Position numbers and translations under genes: made by a program
Shown: in pieces, positions 1-8,338 of the stretch
Layout: every line of letters begins with the position of its first letter
How positions within the stretch are numbered: the first letter of the stretch is position 1
Source: Candidatus Latescibacterota bacterium
GTDB taxonomy: Bacteria > Latescibacterota > UBA2968
Direction of reading: 5' to 3'
Assembly (NCBI GenBank): GCA_965232265.1
Contig: CBDDPH010000002.1
Location: 350,216-414,215 of the forward strand
Length of the DNA stretch: 64,000 nt
Notes under the pieces: model-generated
What the model saw: the letters and a program-made list of their open reading frames with translations, nothing else
What the model was told of the DNA's origin: nothing
Databases searched by the model: none

Positions 1-149
1 GAAAAGGATCGCCGGGTTTCCATCGCCCATTCACCTCTTTGATCCGATAGCTCAAATCGGGATATCGGATCAAATAAGCCGCGCCCGGATACTACTCCCC
101 TGCGACCCGCCAGAAAATTACACATCCAGGACTGCGTATCTATCCGCCT

Positions 150-380
150 CTAATCGAGATGCAAGCGATAGTGTCTGGGGCCGATCTTTTCTAATCTACC
201 GTCTTCCAACCACTGCGCTCGGCGTTTCAATGCCAACTGAATCAGACCCCGGCGTGCCTCCGCGTCACGGGGACGACGACGGGGTAGGCGCTGGCGTCGC
301 TGTGTGCGTTGCTCGAGTTGATAGCGTCGTGCACGCGGTCGTATTTCTCGAACGTGTTGATCAAAATTTACAGTTTTCAA
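150..380 (-). CDS. small basic hypothetical protein, coupled to upstream nucleotidyltransferase (possible TA partner)
   Basis: 76-aa Arg-rich ORF whose start overlaps the stop of 377..952 (4-nt overlap), with GAGG just upstream. Confidence 0.45.
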   Translation of the reverse strand: MKTVNFDQHVREIRPRARRYQLEQRTQRRQRLPRRRPRDAEARRGLIQLALKRRAQWLEDGRLEKIGPRHYRLHLD

Positions 381-952
381 CCTCTATCCTCCTCAGCCCG
401 ATCTCTGAACGCAATCAATGCCTCCATCACGCCTTCAGTTTGCGCGCGGGTTTTGAGATATGTCCAATCAATATCTTGTTGGTATAGTGCCAGGAGTTCC
501 TGCGCCCAATTTCCATCATCGGTTGAATCCCAATGCACATAAGCACCCAACCGATCAACAATGAGATCTTCCACACCGATGATATAGACAGTCAAATCCT
601 CAATCTCGACCTGTGTCACCTTATCTTCAGATCCCGCGAGAACATCATCGGGAATCTCAATCGCAATATCCAGCCCCACATGATGCCAGTGCCTGCCCAT
701 CTGATCAAACCCCCAGCTTTCCAACAAATTGCCAATCTCGGTTCGCCTTGCACTCACGAGATCGACATCCACAGTGGCATAAGCACCAAGCGTATAGAAC
801 TCCAGGGCATTGCCACCCACAATGACATAAGGAAATTTTTTCGCTTGCGGCAATGCGGCGGCCACAAGCGCGCAAACATAGAGCCGACGGCGCAATGGAT
901 CGGCAATTGTTTTCGCATAATCGAGTTTTGTACACCATTCTGTTTTTGACAT
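377..952 (-). CDS. nucleotidyltransferase (Pol-beta superfamily, DUF6036/AbiEii-like)
   Basis: VIVGGNAL..YATVDVDLV motif (GG + DxD) and EDLIVDRL helix; ATG at 952 (TTG 958 alternative). Confidence 0.7.
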   Translation of the reverse strand: MSKTEWCTKLDYAKTIADPLRRRLYVCALVAAALPQAKKFPYVIVGGNALEFYTLGAYATVDVDLVSARRTEIGNLLESWGFDQMGRHWHHVGLDIAIEIPDDVLAGSEDKVTQVEIEDLTVYIIGVEDLIVDRLGAYVHWDSTDDGNWAQELLALYQQDIDWTYLKTRAQTEGVMEALIAFRDRAEEDRG

Positions 953-997
953 ACGCAATAAAACCTTTGCTTTTTACCACATCCTCACCGCGAACCA

Positions 998-1588
998 TCA
1001 CTTCACCGGTATGGGATTGACAGAAAGGGACAGCGCGCGATCGCACTCGCTGCGATAAACAGCCTGGGACAAAAAACCGCGCGTGAACAAATCGGACAAA
1101 AGCGCATCGCGGCGCTCCAGCGCGGCAATCGGATTATTCATCGGAACATCCGCGCCCTGCGCGAGATCACACAGCAGCAAAACCTCGCCAGCCGTGAGCT
1201 TTAAATGGTGAATATCAAAATGATACAGGGAAGCCCGCTCAATACCGCGCACGGGACCAAACTGCGCGTAATGCAAAAACGCCGCAACCCGCCTCTCCTG
1301 TGGTGTGTACGCCAGAAAAAGCGCAAAAACCAGACGGCGAATCGGCTGGTCGGGCGCAAGCATTTCGGAAAGAATCCACGCTATATCTGACACATCCGAC
1401 CGCGTGTAATACGCCGTAACCAAATTGGGTATATCAGCGGCATAATGCGAAGTTGGCGGCACATTGAGCGTGCCGTCAAAATCATCTCGGTAATCCAGAA
1501 AAACCACAAAAACGCAGATCCCCAAAACGATTGCAACAATTGGTAGAAAAATATATCTCGCCTTAAACGTCACACAACCTCCACTCAC
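998..1588 (-). CDS. membrane-anchored degenerate transglycosylase (GT51)-like protein
   Basis: N-terminal TM; FGPVRGIERASLYHF..LTAGEVLLL..NPIAALERRDALL resembles the GT51 C-terminal half; catalytic EDxxF motif not seen. Confidence 0.5.
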   Translation of the reverse strand: MSGGCVTFKARYIFLPIVAIVLGICVFVVFLDYRDDFDGTLNVPPTSHYAADIPNLVTAYYTRSDVSDIAWILSEMLAPDQPIRRLVFALFLAYTPQERRVAAFLHYAQFGPVRGIERASLYHFDIHHLKLTAGEVLLLCDLAQGADVPMNNPIAALERRDALLSDLFTRGFLSQAVYRSECDRALSLSVNPIPVK

Positions 1589-2298
1589 AGGGTATATTCA
1601 GTCTGTGTAATATTCGTACCCGCAATCTCATACACGCGAAAGGGATGGGGTGGCTCTCGAAAAGCACGCGCTGTCGCAAAAGATACAGGGCCTTCTGTCA
1701 CGAGATCCTCCCCCTCGTGATAATGCCCACTCAGCACGAGTTTGCGGCGCGAATCTGCAAGCAATGCGCCTTTCAACGCCGCCGCATCGCCATAATTAAA
1801 TGGATATCCTCCGCTATGCTCGGGAAATATCATATAGTGTTGCAAATGAATTTGCGGCCGCGGATCGCCATCTGACAACACAGATTGAAACCGCGCTCGC
1901 TCCGCCCCAACGCGCTGCGGCACATGGTGATCCCCCTCCTCATCGAAAAAAGTAATCACGCGAAAACCCCGCACATCAAAATCAAAAGGCTGATCGCAAA
2001 AGACGCGGCGAAAAGACCTGAGATGGTCGTGATTCCCAGGCAGATATGCAACGGGACAGGAAAGACCGTCAAAACATTCGCGCACGAGATGGAGGTCTTT
2101 TTCCCCCAGCGCAACCGTATCGGGATCGTCCAATGCATCGAGCGGATAATCGACCAGATCACCCGTCACAGCGACCAAATCGGGCGCATGCGCGGCAATA
2201 CGACGCACACCTTCGGCTATCAGATCAGGCCCACACTTGATATTCTCGCCCTTGAGATGGTGGCGAAGATGGAAATCGGAAATATGTGCAATTTTCAT
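1585..2298 (-). CDS. metallophosphoesterase (calcineurin-like, CpdA/Icc type)
   Basis: HISDFH, TGDLVD, PGNHD, SGHYH motifs. Confidence 0.85.
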   Translation of the reverse strand: MKIAHISDFHLRHHLKGENIKCGPDLIAEGVRRIAAHAPDLVAVTGDLVDYPLDALDDPDTVALGEKDLHLVRECFDGLSCPVAYLPGNHDHLRSFRRVFCDQPFDFDVRGFRVITFFDEEGDHHVPQRVGAERARFQSVLSDGDPRPQIHLQHYMIFPEHSGGYPFNYGDAAALKGALLADSRRKLVLSGHYHEGEDLVTEGPVSFATARAFREPPHPFRVYEIAGTNITQTEYTL

Positions 2299-2309
2299 AA
2301 ATCAGTCCT

Positions 2310-2600
2310 CAGTTATCAGTTGTCGGTTGCCAGTTGTCAGTTGTCAGTCCCTACCATCCAACTCAGGTAGAGTGGTGTGGGGTAACTGGCTACTCTTGAT
2401 CCCAAGATACACAGATCAGGGAATGCGGTAAAGGCTTGTTTCGGCATTCCGTTCCCCGCCCAACCAAAGGCAATACCTGGCTTGATGCACATGGGGCGAA
2501 AGATTTTTCGCCCCTACACATTTGCGTTCATCCCTGTTTTCACAGAGCCTGCCCCGTAGTGCTTTAATAGGGGGGACAGGCCTGCGGATCACACTTTCAC
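2310..2600. repeat. composite intergenic repeat cluster (7-bp tandem, GTAG-type REP, nested hairpins)
   Basis: cagttat/cagttgt/cggttgc heptamers ~2310-2349; ggggcgaaagatttttcgcccctac 2493-2517; catttgcgttcatc...cctgcggatc interrupted by hairpins 2519-2590. Confidence 0.7.
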
Positions 2601-2673
2601 ACTGGATTTACACATCCTGTTTGCCTATATTGCCACCGTCTTTCAACACTTCAATTTTTCTCAGGAGGTCTAA

Positions 2674-3111
2674 ATGCTCGCAGTAGGTGATATCGCGCCT
2701 GATTTTCTGGTCAAAGACCACACAGGCAGTGACGTAAAACTCAGTGATTATCGCGGCAAGAACGTCGTACTCTGGTTTTATCCCAGAGCAAGCACGGGTG
2801 GCTGAACGGCTGAAGGTGTGGGATTCCAGGAGCGAATCCGTGACTATGAAGTCAAAAATGTGCAAATTCTGGGCGTCAGCACAGACGGCGTTGCCGCCAA
2901 TGCCAAATTTGCCAAAACACAAAAATTTGAATATCCCTTATTGTGCGACACAGAACGCGAAATCTGTCTGTCTTACGGGGCTTGTCAATCGGCATCGGAC
3001 CGCGCTGCCAAACGCATGACATACCTCATTGCTCCCGACGGAACAATCGCACAAATCCATACCAATGTGGATGCGCGAAAACATCCCGAGGCATTGTTGC
3101 CCACAATATAG
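2674..3111 (+). CDS. bcp: peroxiredoxin BCP/PrxQ, selenocysteine-containing (TGA at 2803-2805 = Sec44)
   Basis: AGGAGG RBS, ATG 2674, [50 protein letters not shown], then continues in frame into ORF 2818..3111 ([23 protein letters not shown]). TGA occupies the Cys of the PxxxTxxC motif. Confidence 0.9.
2821..2839 (+). promoter_or_regulatory. putative bacterial SECIS hairpin
   Basis: GGATTC-caggagc-GAATCC stem-loop starting 15 nt after the in-frame UGA, with a G-containing apical loop. Confidence 0.6.
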
Positions 3112-3127
3112 GGATGCACTGACACCG

Positions 3128-3157
3128 CGGCAGACGGATTGTATCGTCTGCCGTTTT
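3128..3157 (+). terminator. intrinsic terminator after bcp
   Basis: cggcagacg..cgtctgccg followed by tttt. Confidence 0.6.
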
Positions 3158-3179
3158 ACTTGAAGTACACAAATTGTGT

Positions 3180-5156
3180 ATGAATTATACTTTACCCAAA
3201 GAAAACGAAATAACTTTGTTCCGCTACAGAAATCGGCTCATGGCGGGCGTGTGTGTCAACATCTCACATACCAGAGCCAGATTTGCGGTATCGGCGCGTA
3301 CATCGCACAATGTACCCATAGAAAATATACTTCAAACAACCGGACATATCGGAAATGACAAAACCGCTGGCGCGACATGGCTCAATCGTGCAGAAGCCAC
3401 AAGCACCGACATTGACCTTTGCGACCTGTGGGAACTCGTCGTAGAAGAAGATGAAATTTGGTACTTAAACGAACTGGCCGAACTGTATTACAATAACCCG
3501 CCGACATCGGAATACCTGTCGGCATTTTTAGTCGCCTTGGAAACAAGTGCCTACTTCGACGCCGAAGGACGGGGATTTCGCGCAGCAGATCGGACAGAAG
3601 TCCGCCACAGACTGGACATAGTCGCCCGCGGCAAAGCGCGAGAAGCGGAACGAGAGACATTTGTGAAATGGCTTGCGTTTCAGGGCACCGGCAAAGACGA
3701 ATGGGTTGACCGGCTAAAAGACGTCGCAATATATGGCGACCAGAGCAAACACGCACACTGGCTGGAACGCATGGCAGGCGAAACCGTCTCTGCGCGGAAA
3801 GCTTTTGACCGCATAGTCGCCGAAGGCATACTGGATCGGCATGCCTTTGTCGAATTGATGCGCGAAGACGTCCCTCTGAATTTTCCCGATCCATTGATCA
3901 AAGAAGCGGACGCGATTCAAGCAATGTATAAATCGCTATTTGCAAATCGCCAGGACCTGACATATCTGGATACCGTAACCATTGACGACGCATCGACAAC
4001 AGATATGGACGATGCGGTATCGGTTCAATTTCGGGAAGACGGCAGCCATCAAATCGGCGTGCACATTACCGATGTCTCCGCGTTGATCCCCGCGCATTCA
4101 GCCCTCGACGAAGAAGCCAAAAACCGCGGCGCAAGCCTCTACTTTCCAGAGGCAAAATACCCCATGTTGCCGCCCGTCTTATCCGAACACCTCGGCAGTC
4201 TCATCCCGTATGAAAATCGGTTGGCCGTCAGCCTCTTGTGGGGTGTGGGACCAGATGGCGCGATGGAAACCCCGACCTGGACGCTTTCCGTCATCCGATG
4301 TTGTGAAAAGCTGAGTTACGACGAAGCCGACGCAATACTCGACGATGCGACACATCCCAGGCACGCGATCTTATCAGCCCTATTTGACGCGGCAGAATCG
4401 CTTTTGATACAGCGCGTGGAAGCCGGTGCTATCGCGGTAGATCAGGTTGACCGCCGCGTGGATATCTCGACAGATGGGACCGTGAACATCGAAATAAAAA
4501 AACGCGACTCCAGGGCTGATTTACTGATCAGTGAATTGATGGTCAAAGCCAATGTCGAAGCCGCAAAATTGTGCGTAGAACACAACGCCCCCGCGATCTT
4601 TCGCGTACAGGACACGCCCGACCTCTCCGATTTAGAACCCACGGATAGCGAACAAGTACACCGTTATCGGACACTGACGCGCATGCGCGCAGCGGCAATC
4701 TCACTCCAACCCGGCCTGCACGGTGGGCTGGGGGTAGAACCCTATTGCCAGACCACATCTCCCCTGAGGCGATTCATAGATCTGGTATCACAGCGACAAC
4801 TCGCCGCCATCATCGACAACAGAGCCTTGCCCTATTCTCTGGACGACCTATCAGACCTCTGTCCCTACGTCGAAGAACGCCTCCGCCTGATCAATCGCCT
4901 GGAACAGCGACGAGAGCGCTACTGGATATACCACCATCTCTCGCAATACAGAGGACGGGTATTTGACGCACTCGTATTAAATACATGGGACCAGCGCGCC
5001 CGGATCGAAATCCTGGATTACGCTTTACAAGTTGACACGCGCCTATCCGGACAAATTCGTGCGGGGGAACGCATAAGCGTGCGCCTGACGCGGGTAGATC
5101 CCTGGGCGGATGATATTCAATTTGTAATGGCGCAACCACAGAAAAAACGCGAGTAA
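3180..5156 (+). CDS. RNB-domain exoribonuclease (RNase II/R family)
   Basis: TIDDASTTDMDDAVS catalytic motif, HITDVS, TSPLRRFIDL, C-terminal S1-like domain. Confidence 0.9.
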   Translation: MNYTLPKENEITLFRYRNRLMAGVCVNISHTRARFAVSARTSHNVPIENILQTTGHIGNDKTAGATWLNRAEATSTDIDLCDLWELVVEEDEIWYLNELAELYYNNPPTSEYLSAFLVALETSAYFDAEGRGFRAADRTEVRHRLDIVARGKAREAERETFVKWLAFQGTGKDEWVDRLKDVAIYGDQSKHAHWLERMAGETVSARKAFDRIVAEGILDRHAFVELMREDVPLNFPDPLIKEADAIQAMYKSLFANRQDLTYLDTVTIDDASTTDMDDAVSVQFREDGSHQIGVHITDVSALIPAHSALDEEAKNRGASLYFPEAKYPMLPPVLSEHLGSLIPYENRLAVSLLWGVGPDGAMETPTWTLSVIRCCEKLSYDEADAILDDATHPRHAILSALFDAAESLLIQRVEAGAIAVDQVDRRVDISTDGTVNIEIKKRDSRADLLISELMVKANVEAAKLCVEHNAPAIFRVQDTPDLSDLEPTDSEQVHRYRTLTRMRAAAISLQPGLHGGLGVEPYCQTTSPLRRFIDLVSQRQLAAIIDNRALPYSLDDLSDLCPYVEERLRLINRLEQRRERYWIYHHLSQYRGRVFDALVLNTWDQRARIEILDYALQVDTRLSGQIRAGERISVRLTRVDPWADDIQFVMAQPQKKRE

Positions 5157-5164
5157 TTCGAGTG

Positions 5165-5365
5165 TTTTACACAGATAAACACAGATTAACGGCATCAGGG
5201 GCGAGGCATGCCTCGCCCCTACATGGCATTGCCGGTGGGCGAAAAATCTTTCGCCCCTACCTCTCAAAAAAGGGCGACCACAAGCCCCTGCGATCCCTTC
5301 GTGTCGTGAACTGGCCTGAGAAGCGGCCAGTTGTACCCCATTCCGTGTCCTTCGTGGATTTCGCG
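5165..5365. repeat. composite repeat cluster (two GTAG-type REPs, AACTGG hairpin, TTCGTG repeat)
   Basis: aggggcgaggcatgcctcgcccctac 5197-5222; gggcgaaaaatctttcgcccctac 5237-5260; tgaactggcc..ggccagttgtaccc 5307-5338 inside ttcgtg repeats. Confidence 0.75.
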
Positions 5366-7582
5366 TCTCACCTCTTACCGCTTTTCTTTTTTCTTTCTCT
5401 TGCCGCACACCTCTGGGCGGACGTGTCCAACGGGGGGTTTGAACAAATCACAGCATCGCAGATACCTGTAAATTGGTCTCCCTTACCCGATTCTACACGG
5501 GTCATGGTCGAACGCGAACGCGCCCACAGCGGCAAAATCTCAGTCCTCATGTTAGGTGGCCCGCGAGGCGAACCCACCGCACTGATCAGCGATCCTATTG
5601 GTATTCAGCCAGGTGCCGTTTATGTCTTAACCGGATGGGCGCGTGCCGACAGCGCAAGGGCTTTCGCACGCATCCGATGGCTGTCAGAAGATCAGACTGC
5701 GGTGGACGAAAGCAGCACAACAACAGAAGTAACAAGCGCGTCGTGGACACAATGGGCCGGAACTTTTTTAGCACCCACAAAAGCCGTATCTGCGCGTGTG
5801 CTTTGTCTCACACACGGAAAAGAAGCGGCTTTTGACAATGTGCGTCTGCACAAAATCGCACCGCGAATGCCCCTTGGCCTTCAATTAAAAGCAACGGATT
5901 TTCCCACGCAAGGCGTGCGCGTCTCAAGGGTGCACGCGACCATACAAGACAGCGTTGTCGCGCGACCTCACCATATAGAACAGGGCAGTGCGGTTTCTCA
6001 TAATGGCGCCGTGGTTATTTTTGAAGCGAGTCGCGGACAAATAACCCCCTGGGCAACAATAAGAAATGGCACAGCGACAGCCATATTGCGCGACACCGAA
6101 GAAAATGTGGGCGGCGTCTATGTGCGGGCGAGGTTGGCCCACCTCAGCCCCCGGATCTATGTCGGCGACAAAAAAGCGGTCCGATTGCGCGGTCGTCTTT
6201 TCAATGCCGAAACCGGACACCCCCTATCGGGCCGGGTAATCGTCGCCGATTCTGTGGGTACTGTTTTACAAACGGGATTTGCAGAACGCGGCTTTGTTGC
6301 CGACAGTGAATTTGCCATTGATCTGCCACCCCAAACAATCACCGTATCCGCAATGCGGGGTTTGGCGCACCTGCCGCCAGAACCACAGGTCTTGCACCTC
6401 ATACCCGGTCGTGAACACATGGTAGAATTACCCTTCAAACCCTGGGGAGATCTCCATGCGCGGGGATGGGTGGCAGGTGATTTTCTCAACAGCAATGACG
6501 CACGGGCACACGGACTGGCCTGGGCAGCCTTGCCAGTGAATGCGAATGGAAATTCCATACTGACACTACCCGGCAAATATGTTGAAACCCGCAGGGGAAA
6601 ACAGTGGGTGTTGGGCACCACGGGGCTATTTACCCCTGAAAAAGCCGGATTTGAAGTACACGCCCAGGCGCGTCTATATCGCGGAATTACTGGCCATGCA
6701 GATATTTTGGGCACATCGTTATTCGATATTCTCGCTGGCCCGGCTTTTGACGCACTCGATGTCGCGCATCCCGATATGCGAGCACTGTGGTTTGTACTGC
6801 TCAATCGGGGCTATCGCATTGCGGGCACAGCTTTTTCCGACGAACATTTTCACACCTACACACACGTGCCCGGCGACCTGACCGCCGATAAACTGATGCG
6901 CGCAATTGCCAACGGCCAAAATATGATCACCAACGGGCCTCTGATCTCGCTATCCGTCTTTGCAGCCGGCCCCGGTGACCAATTGCCCACAGGCCGCAAA
7001 AGACGGGCAACAATTCAAGCCTGGGCAGCCGCAAAACCCGATGCGTATTTGACGCGCATTGAACTCATTCGCAATGCACGGGTAATCCAGCGTTGGGACT
7101 TAAAAGAACAGCCGCGAAAATATCGGCTATCAACAGCACTCGAAGATACTGTCACCTGCTGGTATCTCGCCCGGTGCTACGGTGCAGACACATCGCGCGT
7201 GGCATTGACGAACCCAATCTATTTCCAAACAGAGGATTTCGCGCCTCCCCAACCCGTTCGGGCTATTGTGCGAGGCAAAATTGAAACGGCCGACAATTCT
7301 CCTGTGCCCCAGGCCATTATTCGAGCTGTTGATCCCACAGGCAGAACAGTCCTGGAAACAGTAGCCCGACGCGGAACATTTCAAATTTGGGTACCTGCGA
7401 CCAGCCAGATACACATAGAAGCAAAAGGCTACGAAACACTGCCGCAACGCATCTTTGACCAGCCGGATATTCAGCGCCTATTGCAAACACCTGTCAACCC
7501 GTCTGAACTGAACGCCCTGGATACGCTGACCGAACAATTACAAGCCCTTGACATGGTGTTTGTTCTCAAACGCTCACAATAA
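5354..7582 (+). CDS. secreted protein with carbohydrate-binding-like N-domain and CehA/McbA (PHP-like) metallohydrolase-like region
   Basis: signal peptide LLPLFFFLSLAAHLWA; VSNGGFE..AHSG..FDNVRL (CBM4/9-like); GWVAGD, TNGPL, IELIRN, WYLAR, ALTNPIYF. Start uncertain: the track start 5162 runs through repeats, GTG 5354 chosen. Confidence 0.6.
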   Translation: MDFASHLLPLFFFLSLAAHLWADVSNGGFEQITASQIPVNWSPLPDSTRVMVERERAHSGKISVLMLGGPRGEPTALISDPIGIQPGAVYVLTGWARADSARAFARIRWLSEDQTAVDESSTTTEVTSASWTQWAGTFLAPTKAVSARVLCLTHGKEAAFDNVRLHKIAPRMPLGLQLKATDFPTQGVRVSRVHATIQDSVVARPHHIEQGSAVSHNGAVVIFEASRGQITPWATIRNGTATAILRDTEENVGGVYVRARLAHLSPRIYVGDKKAVRLRGRLFNAETGHPLSGRVIVADSVGTVLQTGFAERGFVADSEFAIDLPPQTITVSAMRGLAHLPPEPQVLHLIPGREHMVELPFKPWGDLHARGWVAGDFLNSNDARAHGLAWAALPVNANGNSILTLPGKYVETRRGKQWVLGTTGLFTPEKAGFEVHAQARLYRGITGHADILGTSLFDILAGPAFDALDVAHPDMRALWFVLLNRGYRIAGTAFSDEHFHTYTHVPGDLTADKLMRAIANGQNMITNGPLISLSVFAAGPGDQLPTGRKRRATIQAWAAAKPDAYLTRIELIRNARVIQRWDLKEQPRKYRLSTALEDTVTCWYLARCYGADTSRVALTNPIYFQTEDFAPPQPVRAIVRGKIETADNSPVPQAIIRAVDPTGRTVLETVARRGTFQIWVPATSQIHIEAKGYETLPQRIFDQPDIQRLLQTPVNPSELNALDTLTEQLQALDMVFVLKRSQ

Positions 7583-7644
7583 TTTGACCACTGTATTATA
7601 CTGTAGAAATATGTACATTTTCATTTTTATACCAGGAAAATAAA

Positions 7645-8337
7645 ATGAATAAAATTTTGGTGGTTGAAGACGAACCTGATATTTTGGAAATGGTGCGCTA
7701 CAATCTCGATCAGGCTGGGTTAGATGTTGAAACAGCAGAAGATGCCGAGCGTGCCCTCCAGAGCGTTCAGGAGGTTCTGCCAGATTTGATCATACTGGAC
7801 CTGATGCTGCCTGGCATCGATGGGCTGGATATGTGCAGGCAACTAAAACAAGAGGCGCGAACCCGTCACATACCCATCTTGATGTTGACCGCGCGCAAAG
7901 AGGAAGTAGATCGCATTGTGGGATTGGAATTGGGAGCCGATGACTACGTCGTCAAACCCTTTTCCCCGCGCGAGCTCGTCTTGAGGGCGCAGGCGATTCT
8001 GCGGCGCAGTCAGGGCAGTTTGCAAGCAACCACGGATACCTGGTTACATCTGGGACCGATATCTATCGATAAAACCGCACACCAAGCCCTCTTAAACGGT
8101 GCCCCATTGGAATTGACGGGCACAGAATTTAAGCTGCTCATAACCTTGATCCAACGCCGCGGGCGCGTGCAAACGCGCGACGACTTACTCGACACAGTAT
8201 GGGGTTATGAATACAGTGGTTATGGGCGCACGGTCGATACGCACATCAGGCGGTTGCGCGAGAAACTCGGCGAAGCAAGCGAATGGATCGAAACCGTGCG
8301 GGGCGTGGGTTATCGCTTCCGCCGAGAGAGAGCATAG
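7645..8337 (+). CDS. phoB: OmpR-family response regulator, PhoB-like
   Basis: ILVVEDE, LDLMLPG, GADDYVVKPF, RTVDTHIRRLR, IETVRGVGY. Confidence 0.8.
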   Translation: MNKILVVEDEPDILEMVRYNLDQAGLDVETAEDAERALQSVQEVLPDLIILDLMLPGIDGLDMCRQLKQEARTRHIPILMLTARKEEVDRIVGLELGADDYVVKPFSPRELVLRAQAILRRSQGSLQATTDTWLHLGPISIDKTAHQALLNGAPLELTGTEFKLLITLIQRRGRVQTRDDLLDTVWGYEYSGYGRTVDTHIRRLREKLGEASEWIETVRGVGYRFRRERA

Positions 8338-8338
8338 C

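Noticed and set aside
1-149. Minus-strand coding fragment with an in-frame TAG, or a gene start (METRRSF..) at the window edge
   Set aside because: Too short and truncated by the window to decide; no support for readthrough.
2818-3111. 97-aa stand-alone ORF, or bcp as a nonsense pseudogene
   Set aside because: It is the post-UGA part of 2674..3111; the stop lies exactly at the catalytic Cys and is followed by a hairpin, which favours Sec.
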